Origin: Hypanus sabinus
Taxonomy: Eukaryota
Reading direction: 5' to 3'
Assembly (NCBI RefSeq): GCF_030144855.1
Contig: NC_082715.1
Span: forward strand, 91,884,001 to 91,948,000
DNA length: 64,000 nucleotides
Shown here: positions 23,670 to 35,307 of the stretch, one piece after another
How positions within the stretch are numbered: position 1 is the first letter of the stretch
Layout of the letters: the number at the start of each line of letters is the position of its first letter
Translations under genes and position numbers: made by a program
The notes under the pieces: generated by a model
Databases searched by the model: none
The model's input: only the letters and a program-made list of their open reading frames with translations
What the model was told of the DNA's origin: nothing

Positions 23670-24200
23670 ATATGGAAATCAAGCTGCTTCGTGAAAATAA
23701 CTTTGCAGAATCTCTGACACCCACCTGAGACAGCAGATGGTGCCTTTGTCTGATAGCTCTAAAGGAACATAATAGTTCCTTACATCCTGATAACATCTTG
23801 GATGATAGTTTAATTTGGCATTCTGTTCAGTGCGGGCATTTTCAGCTGAAGGGTCTGTTCATGTGCTGTACTGTTCTGCATTCTATGGGTTCAACTCGTA
23901 GATGCAAACATAAAAAAGGCACTTCAGTACCTCTATTTTCTTAGAAACTTGAGGAGACTTGAAGTTTAAAGAAAACTTGACCCATTGATTTCCTTAAGTA
24001 TTTTTAGACTAGTTTCCAGGATCTACATTCTCCTGTGTCTGTTAAAGCTTTTTATTTCTGTATGGATACACGTACATGCATCTATTTTGTAGCACCAAGG
24101 ATCAAGCAGAGATCTGGTGAACTTAAAAATTTGTGGGCACTTTGTACTTTTGTCAGATGTGCATGCAGCCCAGATCATTCCAATCATTCTTTCTTGCTGA

Positions 24201-25297
24201 TGACATGCTCTGTGTTTACCTGTTGGGAAACGTGGGGGAGGCTTACCCAGATGCAGGGAAGCAGAGACAAGTAAGAGGTGAGTGATAACTTTAATAATAA
24301 ACTGCAAAATAATAAGCCACAAGGGGCCTTGATACAAGAGAGAACAGGTACTAAACATCAAGGCAATAAGGTAACTGAAGGCTAGGAGCAACTGGTTGAG
24401 GTTGACTGGTTCTATGAGTGAACATGAGTGGCAGGTGACTTCTGTTAGATCATTGGAGATTGGGAGATCTCCAGGCCTGGCAGGACCATTGCTCCTGGCA
24501 CCCGAAGGCCCAGGACAATTTGGATGGGCCCAGTAGAACTCGACAATGAGCAATGGATCCAACCTGAAACTGGATGGCACCCAAGACCTCTACTCTGGGC
24601 CGTACCCTTCCCAGCTGATGATGCACTGTGCATGCCATCCAAGTGGAAATGAGAGCTACGTACCCCCAAAGATTTTAGTGAAGCCCATATTTGATTCCTT
24701 TCAACCTTACATGCTTCACACCGTAATAGAATGTGTTCAACTGTTCCATAATGGTGCCAAAACCACAAAGATGTTTTCCAATAAGATGTAAGGGATAATT
24801 AAGCATATCATGCCCAATTGTAAGTCAAGTCAATATAATTCCTTCCCTTCTTGTTCTACAGAATACATAAAACTCAAGAGTTTTATGTATTCTGTAAAGG
24901 TGCCTCCCCCTATACCTATTATCCCACAAGTTTTGACATAGTCCCCTAATTCTTAACCTCACCAAACCTTAACTTTTGATTTGCTAAGTGGAAGGTCTAT
25001 ATCGGTGGTTAAACGTCTAACAGCCTTTTTAGCTAAACAATCCCCTCAACACCTCTATGTGCAGGGAACTATAAGAAGTGGATACATAAATCAATACTTT
25101 GAATTAAAGTAAAGTTTGAAAAGCTTCCAATAGTAAATGACCTTCTGCTGAATCAAACTGCTTCAAGACTCAAATAAGGATTGTGGATGAGAGCTGGGTT
25201 TAAATAGGCTGCTGGCAATGCATTGGAAACAAATGGAAGGTGTGACTCCTGTTTATTGGGTGGAGATGGGAAGGTGTCTGCCTATGCAGGCCTGACA
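24201..25297 (-). mobile_element. Probable old solo LTR interrupted by other insertions
   Basis: Termini TGACATG (24201) and CCTGACA (25297), with a minus-strand TATTTAAA near 25200 and ATTAAA near 24292. No TSD seen. Confidence 0.4.
24660..25160 (-). mobile_element. Nimb/I-group LINE fragment (RNase H end and C-terminal knuckle)
   Basis: Minus strand: FL*FPAHRGVEG..LAKKA; IILT*LTIGHDMLN..LHLIGKH; TVEHILLRCEACKVER. Confidence 0.75.
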
Positions 25298-26070
25298 TTA
25301 TCAAAATTAGACCAGATTTTATTTGCCAAAACCAGGGTTAGATTTACTTACAACTACTTTTTACTGCATGATTTTTAAAATGTAGATTATTTTTGGAAAA
25401 AGTTAGACTTACAAGTTATAAGCTTCAGAGTCAGTGTTATGGTACCAGTATTGCAACTGGCACAGAGCAAAGACTTTGTCCAGTGGAGGGCAGCAGTGCC
25501 TCATAAATTGTTCCATTCTGGATGCTCCCATGTTACCACGGTGACTGCCCTGAATGTTCACATCAGAGTAGAGCAAATTAATGGTGCTTGTTTGTTTTTA
25601 GAACAAGTGTTTCACTGACATGGTTACAATGAATCATGGTGGAAATGGAATATCCATGTGCTGGCAAGTAATAAGGCATCAGCCATTCTTCATGCTGACT
25701 TCCTGCAACTCAATGTCTCACACACTAGCCCTTAAAGAGTTACTTGCATCTCATTTAGCAAGTGAGAGCAAAAATCCGCCCCAATTTTGATAAACGGGTA
25801 CAAACTTGAAAGGTCTTGCACCACATTAAGCAGTGTACTGGTTTACTGTTTGTGGATTCAGTATCAAGCCACTAAAATGAGATCATAACTCATTGAGATA
25901 TAATTGCACTGTCTACTTGAAGTTCATTTGCATTTGAATCTAATTGGAATAATGTGAGAGTGCTCAGAATCGATACCATCATCACACTCAGTAAGGCTTG
26001 AAACAGTGGATCTCCTGATAAACAGTTACACTACCAAATGTACAACACTAAAGCAGTTGCATTGTGCACA

Positions 26071-26320
26071 CAAGATTCTGCAGATGCTGAAAATATTGAG
26101 CAACGCACACAAAATTTGGGAGTAACCCAGCGGGGTAGGCAGCATTAATCGAGGGGAATGAACAGTCAATGTTTCAGACTAAGACTCTTCATCAGGATTG
26201 GAAAGGAAGGGAGCAGAAGCCAGAAAAAGGGTCTTGGCCTGAAACATCAACTGCTTATTCCCCTCCTTAGGTACTGCCTGCCTTACCTGCTGTGGTCCTC
26301 TAGCATTTTGTACGTGTATG
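26071..26320. mobile_element. Fold-back PLE terminal-repeat element
   Basis: An antisense arm (26071-26220) is followed by a sense arm (AAGGGTCTTGGCCTGAAACATCAACTG...CTCTAGCATTTTG). Confidence 0.75.
26163..26200 (-). ncRNA. Minimal type I hammerhead ribozyme motif (best-preserved core in window)
   Basis: Minus strand CAATC CUGAUGA AGA-gucuuag-UCU GAAA C AUU GACUG. Both conserved boxes are intact, stem I pairs 4 of 5 and stem II has 3 bp. The stem III palindrome ACGU has decayed to ACAU. Confidence 0.6.
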
Positions 26321-26489
26321 CACATTTCTCTTAAAATTCATACTGTTTAACTGCATCTGTACTTGAGGTGAGGCTTTCCTTTCTAGGACATCTGAAATGC
26401 TGTATCACAGGAAATGTGGTGTGGCTTTCCCTTTACTAGTTACCTCTCTCCTACACCTTCCATTCTCCACAACTCCATGCTCATCTTGA

Positions 26490-26895
26490 CCACCCCCAGA
26501 AAGCAGAGAGGTAAAGTTTCCTTAATCCTTACCTTTCGCTCTTCCAGCCTCCACATCTAGCATGACATTCGTTGTCATTCTGCCAGTCACAAAGTGATCC
26601 CTCCACTAGTCACATCCACCCCTTCCTGGAATTTACAGAGCCCACTGTGTCCATGCCTCCCTGGTATGGCCATTGCTTCCCACCCATTTCTCATCATCTC
26701 AGGCACCTTTTCCTTGCCCCACCTGTCCATTCATCTCCTTACATTGGCCATTGGCTACCTCTCCTTTACCTTCTCAGTCCTGATGTAGGGACACAGTTGG
26801 AAATATAGAGAACCCTTCACCTCCACACATGCTGCCTGACTCACTAAGTTCATCCAGCAGTTTGTTTTTTGCTCTAGATTCCAGTATTTGTGGTG
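26490..26895 (+). mobile_element. Internally deleted old PLE
   Basis: A decayed KVSLILTFRSSSLHI*..I..SDPSTSHI motif, then a terminus with CAGTCCTGATG and the family tail. Confidence 0.55.
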
Positions 26896-27265
26896 CCTTG
26901 TCTCTCTTAAAAAGAATAGTTAGGAAAGCTAAAGCTGGTTTCTTAGAGTTCCTCACAGCTTCTAGGAATCCAGAACTGTGTCGTTGCGTTATTTAGGAAC
27001 ACTAGGAAGAAAGAACTTGACTTAACTGAGTACTAACTGGGAATGAAAAACATCATCCACGAGTCATGGATCTACACTGACCCTTCAGTCCATCTTGTTC
27101 CTGCTGGCTAAGTTGCCTTAACTGAGCGTCCTGCTTGCCATTGATTGGGCCATATCCCCCTGAACCAGGGGTTCATGGATTCCTTGAGTTGATGGTGAAG
27201 GTCTGTAGCACAAAAACGGTTGGGAACCCTTGCTTTACACCATTCTGATCCGTGTACCTATCCAT

Positions 27266-27522
27266 AAACACACGAGATTCTGCATATGCTGGAAATCCAG
27301 AGCAACACACACAGATTGCTGGAGGGACTCAGCAGATCAGGCAGCGTCTATAGAGGGAATAAACAATCAACATATTGGGCTAAGTCCCTCATCCAGTCCT
27401 AATAGACAAAGGTCTTGGCTTGAAACATCAACGGTTTTTCCCCTTTGTAGATTCTGCCTTCCTCTAGCATTCTGTATGTGCCATTCTAGATTTCCAGCAT
27501 CTGCCAGAATATCTTGTGAACA
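27266..27522. mobile_element. Fold-back PLE terminal-repeat element inside a CR1 3' fragment
   Basis: Inverted arms GAGATTCTGCATATGCTGGAAATCCAGA and TCTAGATTTCCAGCATCTGCCAGAAT, flanked by GTACCTATCCAT (27254) and GTACCTGCCCAT (27523). Confidence 0.75.
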
Positions 27523-28669
27523 GTACCTGCCCATTTATCCTTTAAATAGTGTAATTGCACCCACATCTATCTCCTCATCATGGGCAACTCTTTCCACATA
27601 TGCACCACTCCCCCCACCCTCCATTCTACCTCCCATGTGAAAGAGCTGCCCCACAGGTCCCCTTTATGTAATGGAAAGTAAGAAAAATACAGGCACATGG
27701 AGAGAAAGCAAAGGGGTGAGATTGGATCCTCCCTTGCACAGAGCCAGTGAAGATATGATGGGCCAAGTGGCCTCCTTCCATGCCCATGATGTGGCTGTTC
27801 CAAGATCCTGTGAATTGTGGAGAAGAATTGAGAATCATGCAGAATGACTCAGCATGAGAAAAGAGTCAGGGTAATTTGAGAAGTGGGAGTGAGGTCATGT
27901 TGAACTAATCTAATTGATTTTTTTTGTGTGGGGTTCACTGGCATGGCAGAAGAGTCATTGTCTATTGAAGCCATCTTTATGAACATACAGATGATAACTG
28001 ACAAGGTTCTGCGCTGGAAGTTACATCAAAACTGAAAGCACATGGAACTGGAAGTAATTGGTTAAAGCAGGAGACAGGTCAGGGATAAATACTTAGTTCT
28101 TTGATTCGTAACAGGTGAGAAGTTGTAGTCTCTGTGTCTCAGCTTTTCACAAGACATATTAATGACTACTGAAGGTACAGGGAGTTGTAAATCTAACTCT
28201 GCAGATGACACTATGATCAAAATCTCAGTCAAATATGTGAGAGGAAGGAGAACATTCAAGATGGCAAAGAATTCAACGGCAGAGAAATGTGTCATTGTTT
28301 CATCATGGACAAAAATAGCAAGGTCAGTGGTAATGTTGATATTATGGTTATTTCTGGTAGAAAAAACATATTTTCTTCATGATGAGAAATGAGCATAACT
28401 TAGGAAGCAAAGTTTAGGTGTAATTACACCCAAATCAATTAAAAATGGAGCACCTGAATGAGTAACAATATTTAAAAGACAATTGGATAAGTACATGGAT
28501 AAGAGTGGTTTAGGGGGATATTAGCCAGAAATTAGCAAGTAGGACAAACTTGTTGGACACCATGGTTGTTATGGGCGAGTTGTGCCAAAGAACCTGTCCA
28601 GTTGCTGTATTATCCTGAGTGTTCTTTATGTGAAGTGAATTGGAAGTCAAAAGTGAGGGTCTGGAAACA

Positions 28670-29360
28670 CGGCAGATTCTGGAATCAGGAGCAAAAAAAA
28701 CCTAACTGTTGGAAGGGAATCAATGGTTTGAAAAGCAATTGTGCTGGAAAAATGAAGGTCAAAGTTTCAGGTCAACAGTCTACATCAGGATTAGAAATAT
28801 AGAGGGAAATAAGCAGGTGTAAAGAGCATAGGTGTCGGGGGAATGATGGCCAGATGCTGGAACATCCCCCTGCCACCCCACTTCCACTCTTCCCATCTGG
28901 AAACAAAAGAACCAGAGGATGACTTACAGATGCAACCTGATGGAGAAGGGAATATGGATGGTGTTGGGGGAAGAAGCTTCGGTGGATAGGTCTGTGAGTG
29001 ACTGGCAGATGAAATCAGGCAATGGAGGCTAATGGATTTAGGTTACAGGAGGTAGGTGGGGACAGGGAATGGAAAAAGTTACAAAGGAAGTGTGAACCTA
29101 GGTGGAAAGATTCAAAATCAGAATAGGTTTTTTTTTTATCATTGACATATGCTGTGAAATTTATTGTTTGTGGCAATAGTACAGCGAAATACATAAAATT
29201 ACTATCAAGTATAAATAAATAATGCAAAAGAGGGAAAGTGAGCGAGTGTTCAAGAGTCCACAGAAAGTGGGAAATTCAGTGTTCACACCATTGGACTGTG
29301 GGTTACCAAACTGAAATAAGAAATATTGTTCTTCTAACCTGCAGTTGGCCTCATCCTGGT
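28670..29360 (-). mobile_element. PLE 3' part interrupted by a Rex-type tail (29110-29260)
   Basis: ORF 29161-29415 contains HQDEANCRLEEQYFLFQFGNPQSNGVNTEF (GIY-YIG C-terminus). A purine-rich antisense UTR lies at 28800-29100. Confidence 0.65.
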
Positions 29361-29610
29361 GTAACACACCATGAAGTTTCACTGCTAATGTAATGGCCTC
29401 TCTGTATTGTTTCACTGCTAAGGTAATGGTTTCTTTGCAATAGCAATGTTTGGGTTATGACTAGAGATAACAGGGCTTTGGTATGTGTGCTATGAGAAAG
29501 ATATTGTTCTTTCTCGTTGGTCTGGGAGAAGGGATATTGTGGTCTTTTGTCAGGGAGAGATATAGATAGAAGACGTGAATGGAGAGAGTTGGTAGACTGC
29601 TGGGCAGAAT
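29360..29610 (+). mobile_element. LTR 5' fragment (family of 37002-37588)
   Basis: Starts TGTAACAC..GTTTCACTGCTAATGTAATGG (unit duplicated)..TGTTTGGGTTATGACTAGAGATAA; matches the reverse complement of 37505-37588. Confidence 0.6.
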
Positions 29611-30719
29611 GGAATTTATTGTATTTATACTGGAAATCAAATCTTCATTTTGTGTGGGTTGCTTTAATTACATCTCACTCACTCTCAGATTTACCTGCTC
29701 TGTGTAATGCTCAAGAATGGAGAGGACTGTTCTTTTATCTGATTTCACAAAATGATGTTCAGTTTACATTCAATGATGTGCCAGTCAGTAGATCAATTTT
29801 CATTAATCGTTTGGGAGTTCATCACTTAGCATATTGCACTACTTTTTATTTTATTTCAGATGAAAATCTGGACCCGGGTTTTTCAATGAAGGGGTATTAC
29901 ACAAAATTTTGCCTTGGTAATTTTTACGAATTCATGAATTGATAATAGCACACCAAGGGAAATAGGGAAATGGATTTCAAGAAAGACGGATTCCTAGAAT
30001 CCAAGTAAACAGGGCAAATAACTATATGTCTTAATAAGCAATGGGATTGATGAACAGCAAACTAAACAGTGGACTATGTTAAGAAAGCTATTCAATTTAG
30101 CATGAATACTAAATTAGATGCAAGAAGTGAAAAAGAGGACAAAAAGATTGAATTAAAAGAGAAAAGAAGCAAATACAAGTGTAAATAAAGACTAGATCTT
30201 ATTTCTTAAAAAGTCCAATAATTATCAATTGCTGACAAAATGAGAAATCAGTCTTGCAATAGTTAATCTTTGGGTGTCAGCGAAATTGCTTGGCAGTAAT
30301 TAACAATTATCTTTCTCTTGAAGGGTTACATGCATATAATTATCAATCCTGTAAGTCTGTGACAAATTTAGTTTGTGTTTACGGATGGACTGGCAGTAAT
30401 TAGCATGCAGCACTTTGTTAAAACTGTATTTCAACTTGAAATAAGGAAGTTTAACTTGTTGCAAGAAGTTGGAGCACAGCACAGTACCTTCACTGCAAGA
30501 CATCAATTCCTGTGGTGAGGCAGATAACCAAAGAGAGTTTCTTCAAAGCTAACGGAGGCAAACTTCTGACAACAACATCTGGTTGTTTGGGTTTAATCAG
30601 ACATATTCTCCTCATCTGTATTTGCACATAAATAACAACAAATGTCTATACTCTTGCTGCTCTTTGACAGGGTAAAATGAACCAAAATGTTATAAACTTT
30701 ATAGAGCAATTGGCAGGAC

Positions 30720-31362
30720 AATTAGGATCATTAACATACAGTGGAGTCATGGGACACTAGTCCATAACTCCCTGAAAGTGATAACACAAGTAAAAAAATG
30801 GTAAAGAAGGCATGCCGCGTACTCGCCTTCATTGGTCAAGGCACTGAGTATGAAAGTTGGCAAATAATGTTGCAGTTATGTTAAAAACTGGGCAGACTAC
30901 ATTTGGAATGTTGTTTGCAGTTCTGATCACCACACTATAGGAAAGGTTTTGAGAAGTTGCAGAAAAGGTTCATCAGGAAGTTGCCTGGATTATAGCACAT
31001 TAGCTATATTGAGAGTTTGGACAAACTTTGACTGTTTTCTTTGGAACATCAGAGATTGAAAGGTAACCAGTTAGAAATATATAAAATGATAAAAGGCATA
31101 GATAGAACAGGTAGCAGGGTCTTTTACCCAGGATTGGAATATAAACTACTAAAGAGCGTCAATTTAAAGTAAAAGGGTGACAAATTAAAAGAGATTCGCA
31201 AAGCAGTTTTTTTTCATACTGAGATAGCTCAGTGGTGATAGAAGCTTCAGAAGCATTTAGACAGACACATGAATAGGCATGGAAGAGAAAAAATTGGACT
31301 TTATGCAAACTATTAGGTTTAGTTTAATTTGTCATTATAGTTTGGTGCAGATATGTTGGGCA
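30720..31362 (+). mobile_element. Older CR1 3' fragment (its tail resumes at 33748-33790)
   Basis: Homologous to 33050-33690 but more diverged. The UTR is split as ATGTTGGGCAAAA | AAAAGGGCAGGTTCTTGTGCTGTACTG. Confidence 0.75.
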
Positions 31363-33747
31363 AAATATTTCTAAATCAATATATAGATGTACCAGCTAGG
31401 GAGGATGCAATATTAGATCTCCTATTAGGAAATGAGTTAGAACAGGTGACGGAAGTGTGTGTAGGGGAACACTTAGGTTCCAGTGATCATAACGTCATTA
31501 GTTTTAACTTGATCATGGATAAAGATAGGTCTAGTCCTCAGGTTGAAGTTCTAAACTGGAAAAAAGGCCAAATTTGAAGAAATGAGAAAGGATCTAAATA
31601 GCATAGATTGGGATAGGTTGTTCTCTGGCAAGGATGTGATTGGTAAGTGGGAGGTCTTCAAAGGAGAAATGTTGAGAATGCAGAGTTTGTATGTTTCTGT
31701 CAGGGTTAAAGGAAAAATGAATAAGGAACCTTGGTTCTCGAGGGATATTGGAATTCTGATAAAGACGAAGGGAGAGATGTATAACATGTATAGGCAACAA
31801 GATGATTACAAGTGTAAAAAGAGTAAGAAAATACTTGAATGAAATCAGGAGGGCTAAAATAAGACATGAGGTTGCTTTGGCAGTCAGGGTGAAGCATAAT
31901 CCTAAGAGCTTCTACAGGTATGTTAAGAGCAAAATGATAGTAAGGAATAAAATTGGTCCTCTTGAAGATCAGAGTGGTCGGCTATGTATGGAACCAAAAG
32001 AAATGGGAGAGATATTAAATGGGTTTTTTGCATCTGTATTTACTAAGGAAACTGGAATGGAGTCTATGGAAACAAGGCAAACAAGTAGGGAGGTGATAGA
32101 ACTTATACAGATTAAAGAGGAGGAGGTGCTTGCTGTCTTGAGGCAAATCAGAGTAGATAAATCCCCAGGACCTGACAGGGTATTCCCTCGGTCCTTGAGG
32201 GAGACTAGTGTTGAAATTGCAGGTGCCCTGGCAGGAATATTTAAAATGTCAATATCCACGGGTCAGGTGCCGGAGGATCGGAGGATAGCTCATGTAGTTC
32301 CGTTGTTTAAAAAAGACTCAAAAAGAAAACTGGGAAATTATAGGCCGGTAAGTTTGACATCAGTAGTAGGTAAATTATTGGAAGGAATACTAAGAGATAG
32401 GATCTACAAGTATTTGGATAGACAGGGACTTATTAGAAACAGTCATCGTGGCTTTGTGCATGGTAGGTCATGTTTAACCAATCTATTAGAGTTTTTTGAG
32501 GAAGTTACCAGGAAAGTGGATGAAGGGAAGGCAGTGGATATTGTTTGTATACATGGACTTCAGTAAGGCCTTTGACAAGGTTTCGCATGAGAGGTTAGTT
32601 AGGAAGATTCAGTCACTAGGTATGCATGGAGAGTAGTAAATTGGATTAGACATTGGCTCAATGGAAGGAGCCAGAGAGTGGTAGTGGAGGATTGCTACTC
32701 TGAGTGTAAGCCTGTGACTGCTGGTGTGCCACAGGGATCAGTGCTGGGTCCATTGTTATTTGTCATCTATATCATCTGGATGATGCTATCATTTGTCATC
32801 TGGATGATAATGTGGTAAATTGGATCATCAAATTTGCTGATGATACAAAGATTGGAGGTGTAGTGAACAGTGAGGAAGGTTTTCAAAGCTTGCAGAGGGA
32901 TTTGGACCAGTTGGAGGAATGGGCTGAAAAATGGCAGATGGTGTTTAATGCAGACAAGTGTGAGGTATTGCACTTTGAAAGGTCAAACCAAGGTAGAACA
33001 TACAAGGTAAATGGTAGGACACTGAGGAGTGCAGTAAAACAGAGGGATCTGGGAGTACAGATACATAATTCCCTAAAAGTGGTGTCACATGTAAATAGGG
33101 TTGTAAAGAGAGCGTTTGGTACATTGGCCTTTATAAGTCAAAGTATTGAGTATAAGAGTTGCAATGTAATGGTGAGTTTGTAAGACCGAATTGGTAAGAC
33201 CGAATTTGGAGTATTGTGTGCAGTTTTGGTCTCCTAATTGCAGAAAGGATATTAAAAAGGTTGAAAGAGTGCAGAGAAGGTTTACAGGGATGTTGCTGGG
33301 ACTTGAGAAACTGAGTTACAGAGAAAGGTTAAATAGGTTAGGACTTTATTCTCTGGAGTGTAGGAGAATGAGGGGTGATTTGATAGAGGTGTATAAAATT
33401 ATGCTGGGTATAGATAGAGTGAGTGCAAGCAGGCTTTTTCCACTGAGGCCAGGGGAGAATAAAAACAGAAGCCATGGGTTAAGAGTGAAGGGAGAAAAGT
33501 TTAAAGCGAACTTTTGGGGGGGCTTCTTCACGTAGAGAGTGGTGGGAGTGTGGGATGAGCTGCCAGATAAAGTGGCGAATGTGGGCTCACTTTTGACATT
33601 TAAGAAAAACTTGGACAGGTATATGGATGAGAGGGGTTTGGAGGGATATGGCCCAGCTGCAGGTCAGTGGGACTAGGCAGAAAAATGGTTCGGCACAGCC
33701 AAGAAGGGCTAAAAGGCCTGTTTCTGTGCTGTAATGTTCTATGGTTA
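31363..33747 (+). mobile_element. CR1 LINE ORF2 pseudogene (end of APE endonuclease, RT, 3' UTR); best-preserved CR1 in window
   Basis: ORFs 31353 (REDAILDLLLGN..GEHLGSSDHN), 31802 (KSPGPD..GNYRPVSLTSVVGKLLE..GFVHGRSCLTNLLEFFEEVT), 32812 (KFADDTKIGG..LQRDLDQL..WQM.FNADKC) and 33191 (VRPNLEYCVQFWSP). SGVPQGSVLGP-like motif near 32720. Broken by frameshifts. Confidence 0.96.
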
Positions 33748-34429
33748 AAAGGGCAGGTTCTTGTGCTGTACTGTCCTATGTTTCATGTTCAAGCGCCAGA
33801 GATGGAAATCTGAAATGTCTCAAAAGATACTGAGAAATCAAAGGAAGTCCTCTGCTGGCACTGGAATGGAAATGAGAACAGTTTGTAAACGCAATGGGTT
33901 AAATGCAAACTGTGGAAAAAGAAAGTTTACATTTCAACTTGGAATTCTGATGAAAGGCCAGTTATCTTTGCTTTGCATTCTATTCTTCTTTTTGCATTCA
34001 TCGTTGTTTCAATCCTTTGTGCACTTAACACATTCACATACAAACCCCTCCGACTTCCATATTATTACTGCACTACCATTCTTTTACACAATTTCAATGG
34101 CACATTCTCCTAGAGTAGTGTCTGTCAGGGCACATAAAAACTAAGATTGTTTTAAATATATTTAAATGTGGCTCCTAGGTTTCATCTGACCAGACTTCAC
34201 AGCTTTTCTTGATGGTCAAGTGGGCATCTGAGATAAGAGAGTAGAATATTAATTGCCTCTTAAAGAAATTTTCCTGAGTACCTTTATTGAAAGGTAGAAA
34301 TATTGAAAGTGTTGAAAAGTAGAAAAATACTATACCTGTGCGAATCCCTGCAGCATTTGGTGACCCTGGGATATCTGTCTCAGATGCTAAGGTCAGAACA
34401 TCTTTCAAGAGGGTGAACACTCACAAAGT

Positions 34430-35307
34430 GTCAGTCCTCAATGGTGTACATGGTAGGGCACTAAATGGCTGTGCTAGCCAAATGGCTGAAGTGTTTAAGG
34501 ACTTTTTCTTTCTCTAACTGCTGCCGTTGGAGATTCCCATCAGCTTCAAATGGACATCAGTCCCATCGCTGCTCAAGGAGATCAGGGTGAGTTGCCTCAA
34601 TGATTATTGCCCTGTAGCACTTATATCTACATGATCAAATGTATTGAGGGGTATATCATGGCTAGAATTAACACTTGCCTAAGCAAGGACCCAAATCCAC
34701 TACAATTTACCTTCTGCCACAGCACAACAGGTCTATAGTGGACGCAAACTCATTGGCTCTTCACCCAACTTTGGACCACCTGCTCAAAACCAATACCTAC
34801 TTCACGCTGCTGTTTTTTGATCACAGCTCAGCATTCAACACCATCATCCCATCAGTGCTAATCAACAGGCTTCAAAACCTGGGCCTATGTACCTCCCTCT
34901 GCATTGAATCCTTGACTTCCTCATCGAGGTAGCAGTCAGTGGATCGGAAATAATATCTCCTCACTAACAATCCTTAAGGATACATGCTTAGCCTGATGTT
35001 CTACTCTCTTCACACCCATGACTGCGTGGCTAGGTTCAGCTCAACCGCCATCTATAAATTCACCCTTGACACAATTATTGTCGAGCAGAATCTCAGATGG
35101 TGACAAAGTGACAGACAATAGTGAGATAGATTGTCAAATTGAATGGTGTCACAATAGCAACCTTGCAGTTAATGTCAGTAAGACCAAGCAATTTATTGTA
35201 GACTTCAGGAAGGGGAAGTTGGGAGAACAGTCCTCATCGATGGGTCAGTAGTGGAAAGGGTGAGCAGCTTCTTTCAAGTTCCTGGTTGGTAACATCTCTG
35301 AAGCTAT
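34430..35307 (+). mobile_element. Rex1/Babar-like LINE, left part (resumes at 36393-36990)
   Basis: LNDYCPVAL; LDHL...NTY..LLFFDHSSAFNTIIPS.LI.RLQNLGL; IEWCHNSNLAVNVSKTKQFIVDFRK. The continuation ESILAGCIT.CYG...QDCEKLQ.VV is at 36461. Confidence 0.85.

Noticed and set aside
28062-28560. Possible host exons (ORFs 28062-28295 and 28162-28392)
   Set aside because: They contain a decayed ADDT motif and end in a CR1-type 3' UTR, so are best read as an ancient CR1.
31802-32566. Longest ORF (254 aa) as a host or functional RT gene
   Set aside because: It is a fragment of a 5'-truncated CR1 ORF2, frameshifted on both sides and ending before the catalytic FADD motif.
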